A stretch of 64,000 nt of DNA, from positions 17,597 through 81,596 of the forward strand of contig CAYYSJ010000003.1 of the NCBI GenBank assembly GCA_964474445.1. The letters are read 5' to 3'. Below the pieces are notes generated by a model that did not search any database, was not told where the DNA came from, and saw nothing but the letters and a program-made list of their open reading frames with translations. The position numbers and the translations under genes are program-made. The first letter of the stretch is position 1. The number at the start of each line of letters is the position of its first letter. The DNA is from an uncultured Gammaproteobacteria bacterium (GTDB taxonomy: Bacteria; Patescibacteriota; Microgenomatia; Levybacterales; UBA12049). Below are positions 29,000 through 38,647 of the stretch, piece by piece.

Positions 29000-29614
29000 T
29001 TATTTTGTACGAGTTGTGTGGGGAGAAGCATTGGCAGTATTTTTAGAGATGCCTTCAAGCATATGCACTGCTTTTGTCATGCCTTGTAATTCAGCACGTC
29101 TTGTGGGGCGATACTCGGTAACAGGCTGTTGTGTTTCTTCTTCCCTCAGACGATGTTGGATGTAGGTTAATCCTGTGGGGTCGTGTGCTAATTCTTGTCT
29201 CACGAGGGGTGCTGACTCTACTCCATGTTTTACTCCGCTTGCTATCAGTCGTGCAAGTTCTCGAAAGAGTGGGGGATAAACATGAGCAATAAGAGACTCT
29301 TGTGGAAGTTGTGGAATAGAAAGGGTCTCTGGATTGGGGAGAGAAGCGGCTGCAACTTCTGCTGCCCATGCATTCATGACATGCACAAATCCTGACACAT
29401 AATCAACGGTAAGCTGGCTTTCGTCAATGTCTGCTGCCTTGAGTGCGGTTGTTATTTCCTCTTTTTTACCTAAAACAGAAGCAAAGAGAGCATTTTCCAG
29501 GCTAAATGCCAATGCAACTCCTTCAGTATACATATGTTCAGGTACACTTTTTCTTTCCGATACTCCATCGTGGTGTTCTCTAAAAAATGGTTGTTCAGTG
29601 GTTTCTCCTACCAT
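29000..29614 (-). CDS. Orphan protein, module gene A1
   Basis: Paralog of 30677-31282 (EHM, AF.LEN.LFA, TVD, PNP.TL.IPQL, HDPTG, R.AEL.GMT). Confidence 0.8.
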   Translation of the reverse strand: MVGETTEQPFFREHHDGVSERKSVPEHMYTEGVALAFSLENALFASVLGKKEEITTALKAADIDESQLTVDYVSGFVHVMNAWAAEVAAASLPNPETLSIPQLPQESLIAHVYPPLFRELARLIASGVKHGVESAPLVRQELAHDPTGLTYIQHRLREEETQQPVTEYRPTRRAELQGMTKAVHMLEGISKNTANASPHTTRTK

Positions 29615-29671
29615 ATTGGAGAGTGTAAAAAGGACATATAAGAATAGAGTAGGAAGATAATAACAGTCTGC

Positions 29672-29767
29672 TTAGGGACAGGTGACAAAATTGGCAAAAG
29701 AGCGAGATCGTGAATGATGCAACGTTGGTTTAACAGGAGAAGCAAACCAATCTAAAAGTTCTGACAT
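29672..29767 (-). pseudogene. Truncated paralog (C2) of 27493-28113
   Basis: Translates MSELLDWFASPVKPTLHHSRSRSFANFVTCP*, versus C1 MSELVGWFTEQVKPTINRPRGRNYASFVTSL. Confidence 0.8.
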
Positions 29768-29814
29768 AGCTCATGCTATTTTAGCAAGAGATTATGAAAG
29801 AGAGTGGGTAAAAG

Positions 29815-30609
29815 CTACTTAAAGACAAGAAGTGGGGTATGAGGGCGAGGGAAGTGAGCATAGTACTGACTTCCCCCATGTGAAGTTTCGGCAACAAAAT
29901 GTTGAAGATATTCACTAACAACTGTCTCTGGAGGTAAATCTCGTGGACCAAATTCATGAGGTGTTCGTCTTCCTGGAGGAGTTTTTCTCATTAAAGAGCG
30001 AAGTGCTGGGATAGCATTTGGAGTTGTTTTGTTGGGGTCTAATTGTACTAAAAACGTACCAGCTACTGAAGGAACCATACCTCCATTCACGATATGTCGT
30101 GCTGTTGGGAAAAGGGACATTTCTGCTGCAATACCAGCATCCTGTCTATCATAATAGTGGGAAAAAGAGAGAAATGCTGTTGTAAAACGAAGCACAGGAT
30201 CCTGGACAGGAGCAGGTGGGTTTCTGCTATAAATGGTTGCGCCATAAAGAGTATCAAATGATGGTTTGGCAGCATCATATCCTCGTGCAAGAAGGATAAG
30301 TGCACCACTACTTTCAAGCGGAATATCAGGGATGTGGGATAGTGTATTCTCAATAGTAATTCGTTTTTCATAGAGAAATCGTAGGTCTGGATATTGTATG
30401 GATAAATCGTCGGTAGTAACGGTAAGACCAAAATCTTCAGCTGCTTTTTTGAGGTCTTCTAAATAGCCTGTTCGTCTTCCTCCGCTGTTAACAATGTAAT
30501 GTTCGATAAGCCCCAGCGTGAGCATGAGTTGTGTCCGTCCTGGAGTTGTGGGGATGTCACCATCTGGAAAATGTTCTCGTAGTGAAGTAATGAGTGTTCG
30601 TTCTACCAT
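29815..30609 (-). CDS. Orphan protein, module gene B2
   Basis: Paralog of 28177-28935. Confidence 0.8.
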   Translation of the reverse strand: MVERTLITSLREHFPDGDIPTTPGRTQLMLTLGLIEHYIVNSGGRRTGYLEDLKKAAEDFGLTVTTDDLSIQYPDLRFLYEKRITIENTLSHIPDIPLESSGALILLARGYDAAKPSFDTLYGATIYSRNPPAPVQDPVLRFTTAFLSFSHYYDRQDAGIAAEMSLFPTARHIVNGGMVPSVAGTFLVQLDPNKTTPNAIPALRSLMRKTPPGRRTPHEFGPRDLPPETVVSEYLQHFVAETSHGGSQYYAHFPRPHTPLLVFK

Positions 30610-30676
30610 ACAAGCAATCTCATAATGAATTTACATAAAAGCACTGCAAAAAAGTAATGAAGAATGAGTAAGATGA

Positions 30677-31282
30677 CTATCTTGGTGGAGTATTGTAGGG
30701 AGATATTCGAGCAAACGTTTCAAGTATTGTAAGGGCGTGTGTCATCCCTGAGAGTTCTGCCTGTCGTGTTGCAGGCGATTGAAAAGATGGGCGATTATGC
30801 TCTTCTTGGAGGTAGTGGTGGAGATACTCTATACCTGTTGGATCGTGTTCTAACTGTTCTCTAACTACAGGTGCCGTTTGTATTGCTTGTCTTACACCAT
30901 CGATTACTTCTTGTGTCAATTCTTCAAAAAGAACGGGGTGAGACATAGCAAGAAAAGAGTCTGAGGAGAGTTGTGGGATAGGGAGAGTTGCGGGATTTGG
31001 TCTTGAAGCTGCTGCGATTGCCGCGGCTTTCTGTGTCATAATATGAGCAAAACCTGCAACAAAATCAACAGTAAATTGCGTAGGTTCTATTCCTAACCCC
31101 CTCAAGGTTTCCTCAGGATCTTGTTTGCCTCCTAGGTGGGCAAACAAGGTATTCTCCAATGTAAATGCTGCTTGCACTCCCATTCTATGCATATGTTCTG
31201 TAAAAAGAAGTGCTTCAGCAGATGACTTAATTTCTTTTGTTTTAAAGCGCGGTTGTTCACGGTCAATGCTTTTCCTTGCCAT
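30677..31282 (-). CDS. Orphan protein, module gene A2
   Basis: Paralog of 29000-29614. Confidence 0.8.
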   Translation of the reverse strand: MARKSIDREQPRFKTKEIKSSAEALLFTEHMHRMGVQAAFTLENTLFAHLGGKQDPEETLRGLGIEPTQFTVDFVAGFAHIMTQKAAAIAAASRPNPATLPIPQLSSDSFLAMSHPVLFEELTQEVIDGVRQAIQTAPVVREQLEHDPTGIEYLHHYLQEEHNRPSFQSPATRQAELSGMTHALTILETFARISPYNTPPR

Positions 31283-31544
31283 CCAAGAGAGTGTATGGAA
31301 TAAATGTGAGAAAGGAGTAAGAACACAATGGAAAATACTTGAGAAAGGATAGGAGTAACAAGGAAAATAGTGCTCTAGGATTATTCTTTATCACTTAAAA
31401 GTGATTTACAAACAGAGAGAAAAGAAAGCTTGTGTTATCCATAAGAGATGTGTATATTTAGGAGAGATTTGTAATAATTCTTACCAATTTATTACATACC
31501 TCTTGACAATCTCTTACTTATTCTATAAAATACCCACTATTGCT

Positions 31545-32198
31545 ATGACAGTAGATCACCTCAACGGGAAAAATGGATTTGTTACTCCAGCAGCTTTAGA
31601 AAGAGCGAGAGGAGTTATTAAAGATGAAGCTGCACAAGAAGCAGCAAATAGACAGCATATTATTGATGAACATGAAGCCCAATTAGCAGCAGAAGCACAG
31701 AAAAAAGCTCAATGGATAGAAGAAGGTCGAGCGCAAGCACAAAAAGAAATTGCAGCAGCACAGAGAAAAGCGGCAGAAGAAGAAGCTAAAAGACGACAAG
31801 CAGCAGAACAGGCAGCAGTTAAGGCAAAAGCAGACAGAAGACAAGCTACTGATGACTTACTTAATTTAGAAGTTAATCTTGCAGAAGCATTCGGAAGATT
31901 CTCTCAACACAGTGTAGAAGCAGCAAGCACAACAACAGATAGAGATGCTGCACTTGTTGCAGCAGGTGAAGCGAAAGCTCAAGCAGCGTATACATCAGGG
32001 GATATTCACTTAGTTGCAGCAAGAAGTGGAGATCCAGATATATTAGAGCACTATAAATTAAGAAGACCTGATCAACCTGCTAATACTCCAGCACCAGATG
32101 GATTTGTTTTGAGAGTAGTTCCAGATGAGCCAGCACAAAAGGCAAAAGTAGAACCAGCTCCAGTTCCAGCTCCACGGAGAAAAATCTTTGGTAGATAA
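31545..32198 (+). CDS. Ala/Glu-rich coiled-coil hypothetical protein
   Basis: TolA-like composition; TTGACA...TAAAAT promoter upstream. Confidence 0.65.
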   Translation: MTVDHLNGKNGFVTPAALERARGVIKDEAAQEAANRQHIIDEHEAQLAAEAQKKAQWIEEGRAQAQKEIAAAQRKAAEEEAKRRQAAEQAAVKAKADRRQATDDLLNLEVNLAEAFGRFSQHSVEAASTTTDRDAALVAAGEAKAQAAYTSGDIHLVAARSGDPDILEHYKLRRPDQPANTPAPDGFVLRVVPDEPAQKAKVEPAPVPAPRRKIFGR

Positions 32199-32249
32199 TA
32201 GACAATTTTCTTCTTACACTTTCTCTTTTCATTTGGTATACTCCTTTTC

Positions 32250-32849
32250 ATGCAGATAGCATTATTTGGTGGAAGATTTGATCCAGTACACAATGGGCAC
32301 GTTGCAATTGCGAGTGAAGTCCTTAAGGCAGTTCCATCAGTTGATGAAGTATGGATGGTTCCTGATTACACGCATCATTGGAACCCCACAGTTGCCTCAT
32401 TTGCAGACAGGATGCAGATGCTCAAGATTATTGAACAGGATCCTTCAACAAACGCTCAGGGAAGAATCAAATCAAGTGATATCGGAGAAAAAGTTTCCCA
32501 TCTTCGCAATGGAATGACCGTGACTATTGATGTTATTCGTGAGCTACAGAAGAACACAACGAATACCTACATTTTTATTGCTGGATCAGACCAATTACCT
32601 AGGTTGCATGAATGGCATGATTACGAGGAGCTTCTGATGCGTCTTCCTTTCCTCATTTTCCCTAGGAAGGGTTATCAAACCTCAGGTGAATTACCACATG
32701 GTGCAATGTGGCTTTCAGATACACAATTTGAGCCAATGGATGATAGTGCAACACGAGTGAGACAATATTTAAAAGAAGGAAAAGATATTTCCCATCTTGT
32801 ACCAGAAAAAGTTGCAGAGTATATTAAAGAACATATGTTATATCAATAA
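32250..32849 (+). CDS. nadD: Nicotinate-nucleotide adenylyltransferase
   Basis: FGGRFDPVHNGH, GSDQ, W, SATRVR, VPEKVAEYI. Confidence 0.92.
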   Translation: MQIALFGGRFDPVHNGHVAIASEVLKAVPSVDEVWMVPDYTHHWNPTVASFADRMQMLKIIEQDPSTNAQGRIKSSDIGEKVSHLRNGMTVTIDVIRELQKNTTNTYIFIAGSDQLPRLHEWHDYEELLMRLPFLIFPRKGYQTSGELPHGAMWLSDTQFEPMDDSATRVRQYLKEGKDISHLVPEKVAEYIKEHMLYQ

Positions 32850-32855
32850 ATCCAT

Positions 32856-33638
32856 ATGATATTAGAAATAAATGGAGAACAAAAGGCAAATGAAATTAGT
32901 AAGTGGCTGAAAGAGACGGTCCAAACTGCTGGATTCAGTAAGGCAGTTGTTGCGGTTTCGGGTGGCGTGGATAGTGCAGTATCACTCAATTTGGCAGTGC
33001 GAGCACTCGGCAAAGAAAATGTCTACGCGCTCCTCATGCCATATGGCAGGTTGAGCAATGAAGCGCTTGAGGATGGAAAGGCAATTGTCAGTGCCGTAGA
33101 CCTTGCAAAAGACCATGTTATGGTGAGAGATATTGCAACAGTTGTGAATATGATACTGAAGCAAGTTGAAGATGATACGCTCGATGCTGTTCGAAAAGGG
33201 AACATCATGGCCCGAATGAGAATGGTTTTCCTTTTTGATTTTGCTAAGAGTTTGCATGCACTTGTTGTTGGGACAGAAAATAAGTCGGAGCATTATTTGG
33301 GCTACTTTACCCGTTTTGGAGATGAAGCATCAGATATTGAACCGATTAGAAGTCTATACAAAACCCAAATTTGGGAAATGGCAAAATATCTGGGAGTTCC
33401 GCAACGGATTGTTGAAAAAGCCCCCAGTGCCAACCTATGGGAGGGACAATCGGATGAAGGTGAATTCGGTTTTTCCTATCTCGATGCAGATCGTGTGCTT
33501 TATCACTATTTTGAAGAAAGATTGCCAAAAGAGGGCATTGTGTCGCTGGGGTTACCAGAGCCATTGGTAGACAGTGTTTTACAATTTGTTGAAAAAAATG
33601 ATTTCAAACACCACGTTCCTCATGTTTTTGATCGTTGA
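32856..33638 (+). CDS. nadE: NH3-dependent NAD+ synthetase
   Basis: VSGGVDS, GNIMARMRM, GTENKSE, GYFTRFGD, KAPSANLW. Confidence 0.96.
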   Translation: MILEINGEQKANEISKWLKETVQTAGFSKAVVAVSGGVDSAVSLNLAVRALGKENVYALLMPYGRLSNEALEDGKAIVSAVDLAKDHVMVRDIATVVNMILKQVEDDTLDAVRKGNIMARMRMVFLFDFAKSLHALVVGTENKSEHYLGYFTRFGDEASDIEPIRSLYKTQIWEMAKYLGVPQRIVEKAPSANLWEGQSDEGEFGFSYLDADRVLYHYFEERLPKEGIVSLGLPEPLVDSVLQFVEKNDFKHHVPHVFDR

Positions 33639-33711
33639 GGAGTGATCATTAATATATTTCAAGTCAATCATAAATTGTAAATAATCATTTCCTTTGCTAC
33701 ACTAGTGCCAT

Positions 33712-34290
33712 ATGAGTGATGGTGGATCATCAGGTCTTTCTGGAACATTTGAGCTTATTGGTCAGGGAGCAAAAAAAGGAGCGCAAAACCTTGCCGGGGG
33801 TGTTGGTAACTTTGCAGGCAGTGCTGCAAAGCAAGTGACTGGAACAGGGGGAGTGGCTTCCGGTAATATGTCCGGATCTTTTGATTTAAAAGGAGGAGCA
33901 CCTCAATCAGTTGATCTTTTTGCTCCTGATGCAAAAAAGCCTGCTCAAAATCCTCAACAAGTTTTTGGCAATATGAAGCCTTTAACTGAGACAGGACAAA
34001 AAGTATTGGGAGGGGATAGGCAATATACGCAGGAAGAACTTGAAAAAATCCAATCGATTGAATCAGAGCTTCGATCTATGCATAAACAAATTAACAATAT
34101 AGAAGCTGATATGGAAAAGGTAAGACGAGAGAGGGAAGAGACCTATCAAAAACGTGTAGAGGATGATGCAATGAGAAATCAACAGAAGCAAATGACAAAC
34201 TTACAGCAACAAGAACAAAATGGACAAGTAGATCAGAATGTCTTTAAAGCAGCTCGTACAGCGGAACTTGCAAAAGGTGATGTAGGATAG
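33712..34290 (+). CDS. Hypothetical protein, Gly-rich N-terminus and coiled-coil C-terminus
   Basis: 192-aa ORF; TACACT 8 nt before the ATG. Confidence 0.65.
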   Translation: MSDGGSSGLSGTFELIGQGAKKGAQNLAGGVGNFAGSAAKQVTGTGGVASGNMSGSFDLKGGAPQSVDLFAPDAKKPAQNPQQVFGNMKPLTETGQKVLGGDRQYTQEELEKIQSIESELRSMHKQINNIEADMEKVRREREETYQKRVEDDAMRNQQKQMTNLQQQEQNGQVDQNVFKAARTAELAKGDVG

Positions 34291-34345
34291 AAAATAACCT
34301 GATGCACTATTGGCATTTCATGAAGGTAATAAGTAAGTTATTTCT

Positions 34346-35713
34346 ATGTTAAAGCTTTACAATACACTAACTCGTTCGGTTGAAGAATTTGTCCCACTCA
34401 CAGACAATCGTGTTGGGATGTATTCTTGTGGGCCGACGGTCTATGACTACCAGCATATCGGTCATATGCGCCGTTATGTGGGGGATGATATTTTAGTCAA
34501 AGTTTTGCGAGCCAATGGCTATTCAGTCAAGCACGTGATGAACATTACTGACGTTGGTCATTTAGTTTCAGATGCGGATGAGGGTGAGGACAAGATGGAA
34601 AAAGGGGCAAAGAAATTTGGAAAGAGTGTCTGGGAAGTGGCAAGGATGTTTGAGGATCAATTTTGGCAATCAACAGATGCGCTGAATATTGAAAGACCGG
34701 ACAAAGTCATGCATGCAACAGATTATATTAAGGAACAGATACAACTTATTCGGGAATTGGAAGAAAAAGGCGTAACGTATAGGACGAATGACGGCATTTA
34801 TTTTGATACCTCAAAATTTCCTGACTATTTTAAACTTTCCCGTCAGAATCCAGAAGAATTAAAAGCTGGTGTCCGTGTAGACATGGGTGAGAAAAGAAAT
34901 GTTTCAGATTTTGCGTTATGGAAATTTTCTCCCAAAAATGAAAAACGGCAAATGGAATGGGAAAGTCCATGGGGTGTAGGATTTCCTGGGTGGCATATTG
35001 AATGTTCTGCGATGTCCATGAAGGAATTAGGCAATACCTTGGATATCCATACAGGAGGTATAGACCATATTGCTATTCACCATACGAATGAAATTGCACA
35101 GTCAGAATGTGCAACGGGACAACAATTTGTGAGGTACTGGGTTCATCATAACTTTTTGGTCGTTGAGAATACCAAAATGAGTAAATCTCTTGGAAATTTC
35201 ATAACAGTTCAGGATGTAGAAGCAAAAGGATACGACCCACTTGCTTTGCGATACTTGTATTTACAGACGCATTACAGACAGGAAATGAATTTTACGTGGG
35301 AGGCACTCGATGCTGCAGAGGCAGCGCTGAGGAAACTTCGAGGATATATAACAGATGAGCCAGATACTGCTCCGAATATTTCTTGGATGAAGAAATATAT
35401 GGATGCACTTAATGATGATTTAAATACTTCAAAAGCTTTAGCAACAGTCTGGGAGATGGTGAAAGACGAGAATCTTTTGTCAGGAGAAAAGAGAGCGACA
35501 CTGCTTGCGATGGATAAAGTTTTTGGATTGTCTCTTGATAAAAAAGAAGTGATTGAAGTGCCTCAAGAAATTATAGATCTGGTAAAAGAACGGGAAGTTT
35601 TCAGAAAAGCAGGAGATTGGGGTGCATCTGATGAGCTTCGAAAGAAAATTCAGGATTTAGGATTTCATATTAAAGATACTAAAGAAGGACCACAGATTAC
35701 TTCGGTAAAATAA
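34346..35713 (+). CDS. cysS: Cysteine--tRNA ligase
   Basis: CGPTVY..HIGH, GFPGWHIECSAM, KMSKS. Confidence 0.98.
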   Translation: MLKLYNTLTRSVEEFVPLTDNRVGMYSCGPTVYDYQHIGHMRRYVGDDILVKVLRANGYSVKHVMNITDVGHLVSDADEGEDKMEKGAKKFGKSVWEVARMFEDQFWQSTDALNIERPDKVMHATDYIKEQIQLIRELEEKGVTYRTNDGIYFDTSKFPDYFKLSRQNPEELKAGVRVDMGEKRNVSDFALWKFSPKNEKRQMEWESPWGVGFPGWHIECSAMSMKELGNTLDIHTGGIDHIAIHHTNEIAQSECATGQQFVRYWVHHNFLVVENTKMSKSLGNFITVQDVEAKGYDPLALRYLYLQTHYRQEMNFTWEALDAAEAALRKLRGYITDEPDTAPNISWMKKYMDALNDDLNTSKALATVWEMVKDENLLSGEKRATLLAMDKVFGLSLDKKEVIEVPQEIIDLVKEREVFRKAGDWGASDELRKKIQDLGFHIKDTKEGPQITSVK

Positions 35714-35754
35714 GCCTTGTCATTCACTTCTGCTCTTGTTATAGTACTTTCAAT

Positions 35755-36066
35755 ATGAGCCTTCGCGATCTCCTAGAAAGCAAACGGTATTTCCTAAAAA
35801 GTACACAGTGGATTGAAGCAGGAATATGGCGTGATGCTTGGCAAGCAGGTTATAGCCAAAAACAAGCAAATTGCGCATCAACGATTGAGAAAGCAAGAAG
35901 CTATCAGCTAGATGCTGATAGCTTTAGACAACAGGTTGCTGACCTAGCAGAAGCAAGAAATAGACGATTTAGATCAGGATTGCCCTCTCGAAGACCAAGG
36001 AAATCGTTTACTCTTCCATCTATATTTCGAAATGAAAGAACGTGGACTGAAGAACAGTTCCATTAA
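35755..36066 (+). CDS. Hypothetical protein
   Basis: 103-aa ORF with TTGTCA...TATAGT immediately upstream. Confidence 0.55.
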   Translation: MSLRDLLESKRYFLKSTQWIEAGIWRDAWQAGYSQKQANCASTIEKARSYQLDADSFRQQVADLAEARNRRFRSGLPSRRPRKSFTLPSIFRNERTWTEEQFH

Positions 36067-36151
36067 TTTATTTTATATCTGTTGTTTATCTGTCAGCTAT
36101 TTGTCCTCAAAATACTTTTCTTATCTGGTTGAATAAATAGGTAAGGATGAT

Positions 36152-36392
36152 ATGGTAGTTAATGAATTAGCTCGTTTTGTAGGGGCTGCTGTCGGCTATA
36201 TAAAGACTAGTAATTCGCATTGCTGAAAGTCCTTTGTCAGAATATGCTCCAGAAGATGTGAGAACACGTTTAAGGACTGATGCTGCTGATCGTTATCGTC
36301 AAGCTGTTGACGAGCCAAGATTACCTGGTGAAGAAGATGTGGCAGCAAGACATGTCAGAAGAGCATTGTCAGAGTTGATGAGGGTTTCATAA
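36152..36392 (+). pseudogene. Small ORF apparently split by a 1-nt frameshift
   Basis: MVVNELARFVGAAVGYI continues in the +1 frame as RLVIRIAESPLSEY...LMRVS*. Confidence 0.3.
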
Positions 36393-36545
36393 ACGTATCG
36401 ATTTTCTTTGTTGACAGAGTATCAATGCTTATGGGTACCCTGTTTTAGATTCAATTACACACGGGCATAAACCCATCAGACTTTAAAAGCTATGATTTTA
36501 AGCTGTGGTCATTTAATGTAAGCATAAAGGAGGTGAGCATATAGT

Positions 36546-36761
36546 ATGGTGATAGGATTTGGAAAAGCAAGAGAATTTGTACCAGGAGTTACTGTAGGTG
36601 AAGTATCTGTCGATAGTGATAGAGCAAGAGCAATGAATCATGGTACACCAATGTTGGTAGACTATAGTGCAGTTGTTGCTGATGAAGAGTTTCATGAACT
36701 ACAAAGGCGAGAAGCTGTGGGTATGGAAAGGGCATTTCGAGCAGCGCGAAGAAGATCATGA
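36546..36761 (+). CDS. Small hypothetical protein
   Basis: Strong SD AAGGAGGTGA upstream. Confidence 0.6.
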   Translation: MVIGFGKAREFVPGVTVGEVSVDSDRARAMNHGTPMLVDYSAVVADEEFHELQRREAVGMERAFRAARRRS

Positions 36762-37071
36762 TCCATTACCTTAATAAAGGGGCGATTCTGTCATACATTC
36801 TCATGATCGATTTCAAAAAGAACATCAGCCGAGATTTTCTGCCATTGATGTAAATGATAATATTGGTGACTAGTTATTGATAATATTCAAGAATCAAACA
36901 AAGATTTCACCCTCTGGCTCATCAAATACAACTCTTACAGACCGCATGAAATGCTTGATTATCGTATCCCTTAGTGTAGCTCATACCAACTCCTTTCAAC
37001 TGTTACCAATGTGACCTTGCTAGTAAACAACCTTGACAATTGATACAAAAATATGTTATAGTATTTTCGGT

Positions 37072-37221
37072 ATGACAACATCACGAGAACAAGGATCAAC
37101 ACGACCTGCAAAACCAACTATTGGTTATAGACTGCGAGATGTTGCTGTAAATGTTCTAGATCGATTATTTCGTGAAGATCATCCTTCTAGATGGATAGGT
37201 AGACGTCGTATCTCTAATTAA
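37072..37221 (+). CDS. Small basic hypothetical protein
   Basis: TTGACA (37033), 18-nt spacer, TATAGT, then ATG 37072 (MTTSRE...). Confidence 0.5.
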   Translation: MTTSREQGSTRPAKPTIGYRLRDVAVNVLDRLFREDHPSRWIGRRRISN

Positions 37222-37293
37222 ACTCTTCTAATTTCCCCAATTTTCTTACTTTCTGTTTTGTATTCTTTTTCGCTATACTAATATGAGTATTTC

Positions 37294-37380
37294 ATGAAAA
37301 GATTGTTTTTTGCCCTTTTGGCCACAGGATTTACCATTTTATTTCTCTTTGTGACACTTCCCATTTTTGCAAAGATGTAG
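37294..37380 (+). CDS. Signal-peptide-like 28-aa ORF (micropeptide or truncated gene)
   Basis: MKRLFFALLATGFTILFLFVTLPIFAKM*; TATACT upstream. Confidence 0.35.
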   Translation: MKRLFFALLATGFTILFLFVTLPIFAKM

Positions 37381-37382
37381 AT

Positions 37383-38039
37383 TTAGGAAAAAGGGAGCCG
37401 GCGTGTTGTAACTTCCGGCCGGTAGAATTCTACAGTCCAGTCACCTTGATCATTCTTTTTCGGTGTTCCTATGCTTGTACAGCCCAGGCGCTGGGCATCT
37501 CTCCATGCAGGAGTTGTTCTTGTTGCTTCCTCTTGTGATAGCCCTAGTGTAGATAAGGCATGGATGAATGCATTATAGTTATCACTGCGTGGGTCATTTT
37601 CCCAAATTGATCTTATCCCATCAACATGACCATATATGTTTTCAAAGTATCTCCAAACACTTGGAGTAATCTCCCTTAAGTAAGGCATTCCCTCATACCG
37701 CTGCCCTCGTAAACGATGCGTGGGTGGATATTTTAAATGAGTATTAAATTGGATAAGTCTTAATCTATCAGGAGTATCAATAATTTCTGCTATAAAAAAG
37801 ATCTCAGTATTATCCGTGCTCAAACTGACTTTTCTGTCATTTGCATTTGCTTCAATCGTATGGTACATCCCACCTCTTTTTGCCCGAAAAATACTAGCTG
37901 TGCGATCACAGGGTGCAATAGTCCTGTTATTGACGAGTGCTGTTTCTGCTCGGACAGCATGCCAATCAAGTTGTCGACCATAAATTGTAGGAACAGTTGG
38001 GGATACCAACGGACCTTTTTCTGTAACGGTTAAGGCCAT
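37383..38039 (-). CDS. Hypothetical protein
   Basis: 218-aa ORF with TTGACT...TATAGT upstream. Confidence 0.65.
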   Translation of the reverse strand: MALTVTEKGPLVSPTVPTIYGRQLDWHAVRAETALVNNRTIAPCDRTASIFRAKRGGMYHTIEANANDRKVSLSTDNTEIFFIAEIIDTPDRLRLIQFNTHLKYPPTHRLRGQRYEGMPYLREITPSVWRYFENIYGHVDGIRSIWENDPRSDNYNAFIHALSTLGLSQEEATRTTPAWRDAQRLGCTSIGTPKKNDQGDWTVEFYRPEVTTRRLPFS

Positions 38040-38188
38040 AGCACAAATAGCTTTGGTACTATAACCATTTCGAGACTAAAAGTCAATTACTATAACATAA
38101 AAAGAATTGCCTGGTTTAAAGATATGTTTTACTTATTTCTTACACAATTTTTATCATGCTTTAAGCATGTTTCAAGATAATTGCCTGC

Positions 38189-38569
38189 ATGTTAGAAAAA
38201 GAAATACTCAGTATGGATGAGGTAATGGGAATGGTTGGCGGAAAAGTAGATGGTGAAGAGGTAAGAATTATATTAGCTACAGGTCAAGCGACAGAGGATG
38301 TTCCAGCTGATATGGATCCTTATCACATGCTTCAAGAGATTCTTTCAAGAAGAGCCTTTGTACAAATCCCTCAATGGATGAGTAATTCACGACATAAACA
38401 ACTTGCCGTTAGGTTAGTTAGTTCACCTTTATGGATTACTACTCCTGAAGAGGGAAGAAAAAACTTAAGCTTAAGGATAGTAAAAGGGCACTTTAGAAAT
38501 ACTGATAGAACAATTACTCAAGTAACAACGCAATTGCAACAAATGAGAGAAAGAAGAAAACTTCAATGA
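38189..38569 (+). CDS. Hypothetical protein
   Basis: 126-aa ORF; no motif. Confidence 0.55.
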   Translation: MLEKEILSMDEVMGMVGGKVDGEEVRIILATGQATEDVPADMDPYHMLQEILSRRAFVQIPQWMSNSRHKQLAVRLVSSPLWITTPEEGRKNLSLRIVKGHFRNTDRTITQVTTQLQQMRERRKLQ

Positions 38570-38647
38570 TAAGAGAGATAACCTCCTCGTATTTTATTAA
38601 ATTTCCTTTTTGACAATTACCATTTCTTCAGCATATACTCACTTGCT

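Larger units (their letters stand above)
27493..31330 (-). repeat. Diverged tandem duplication of a three-gene unit (A2-B2-C2' then A1-B1-C1)
   Basis: Paralogous proteins plus similar intergenic spacers (CATACAAGCAA..., ...GTAAGATG). Confidence 0.85.

Noticed and set aside
36411-36545. Possible riboswitch (e.g. c-di-GMP) upstream of 36546
   Set aside because: Only weak AT-rich pairing; the conserved aptamer motifs and a terminator are missing.
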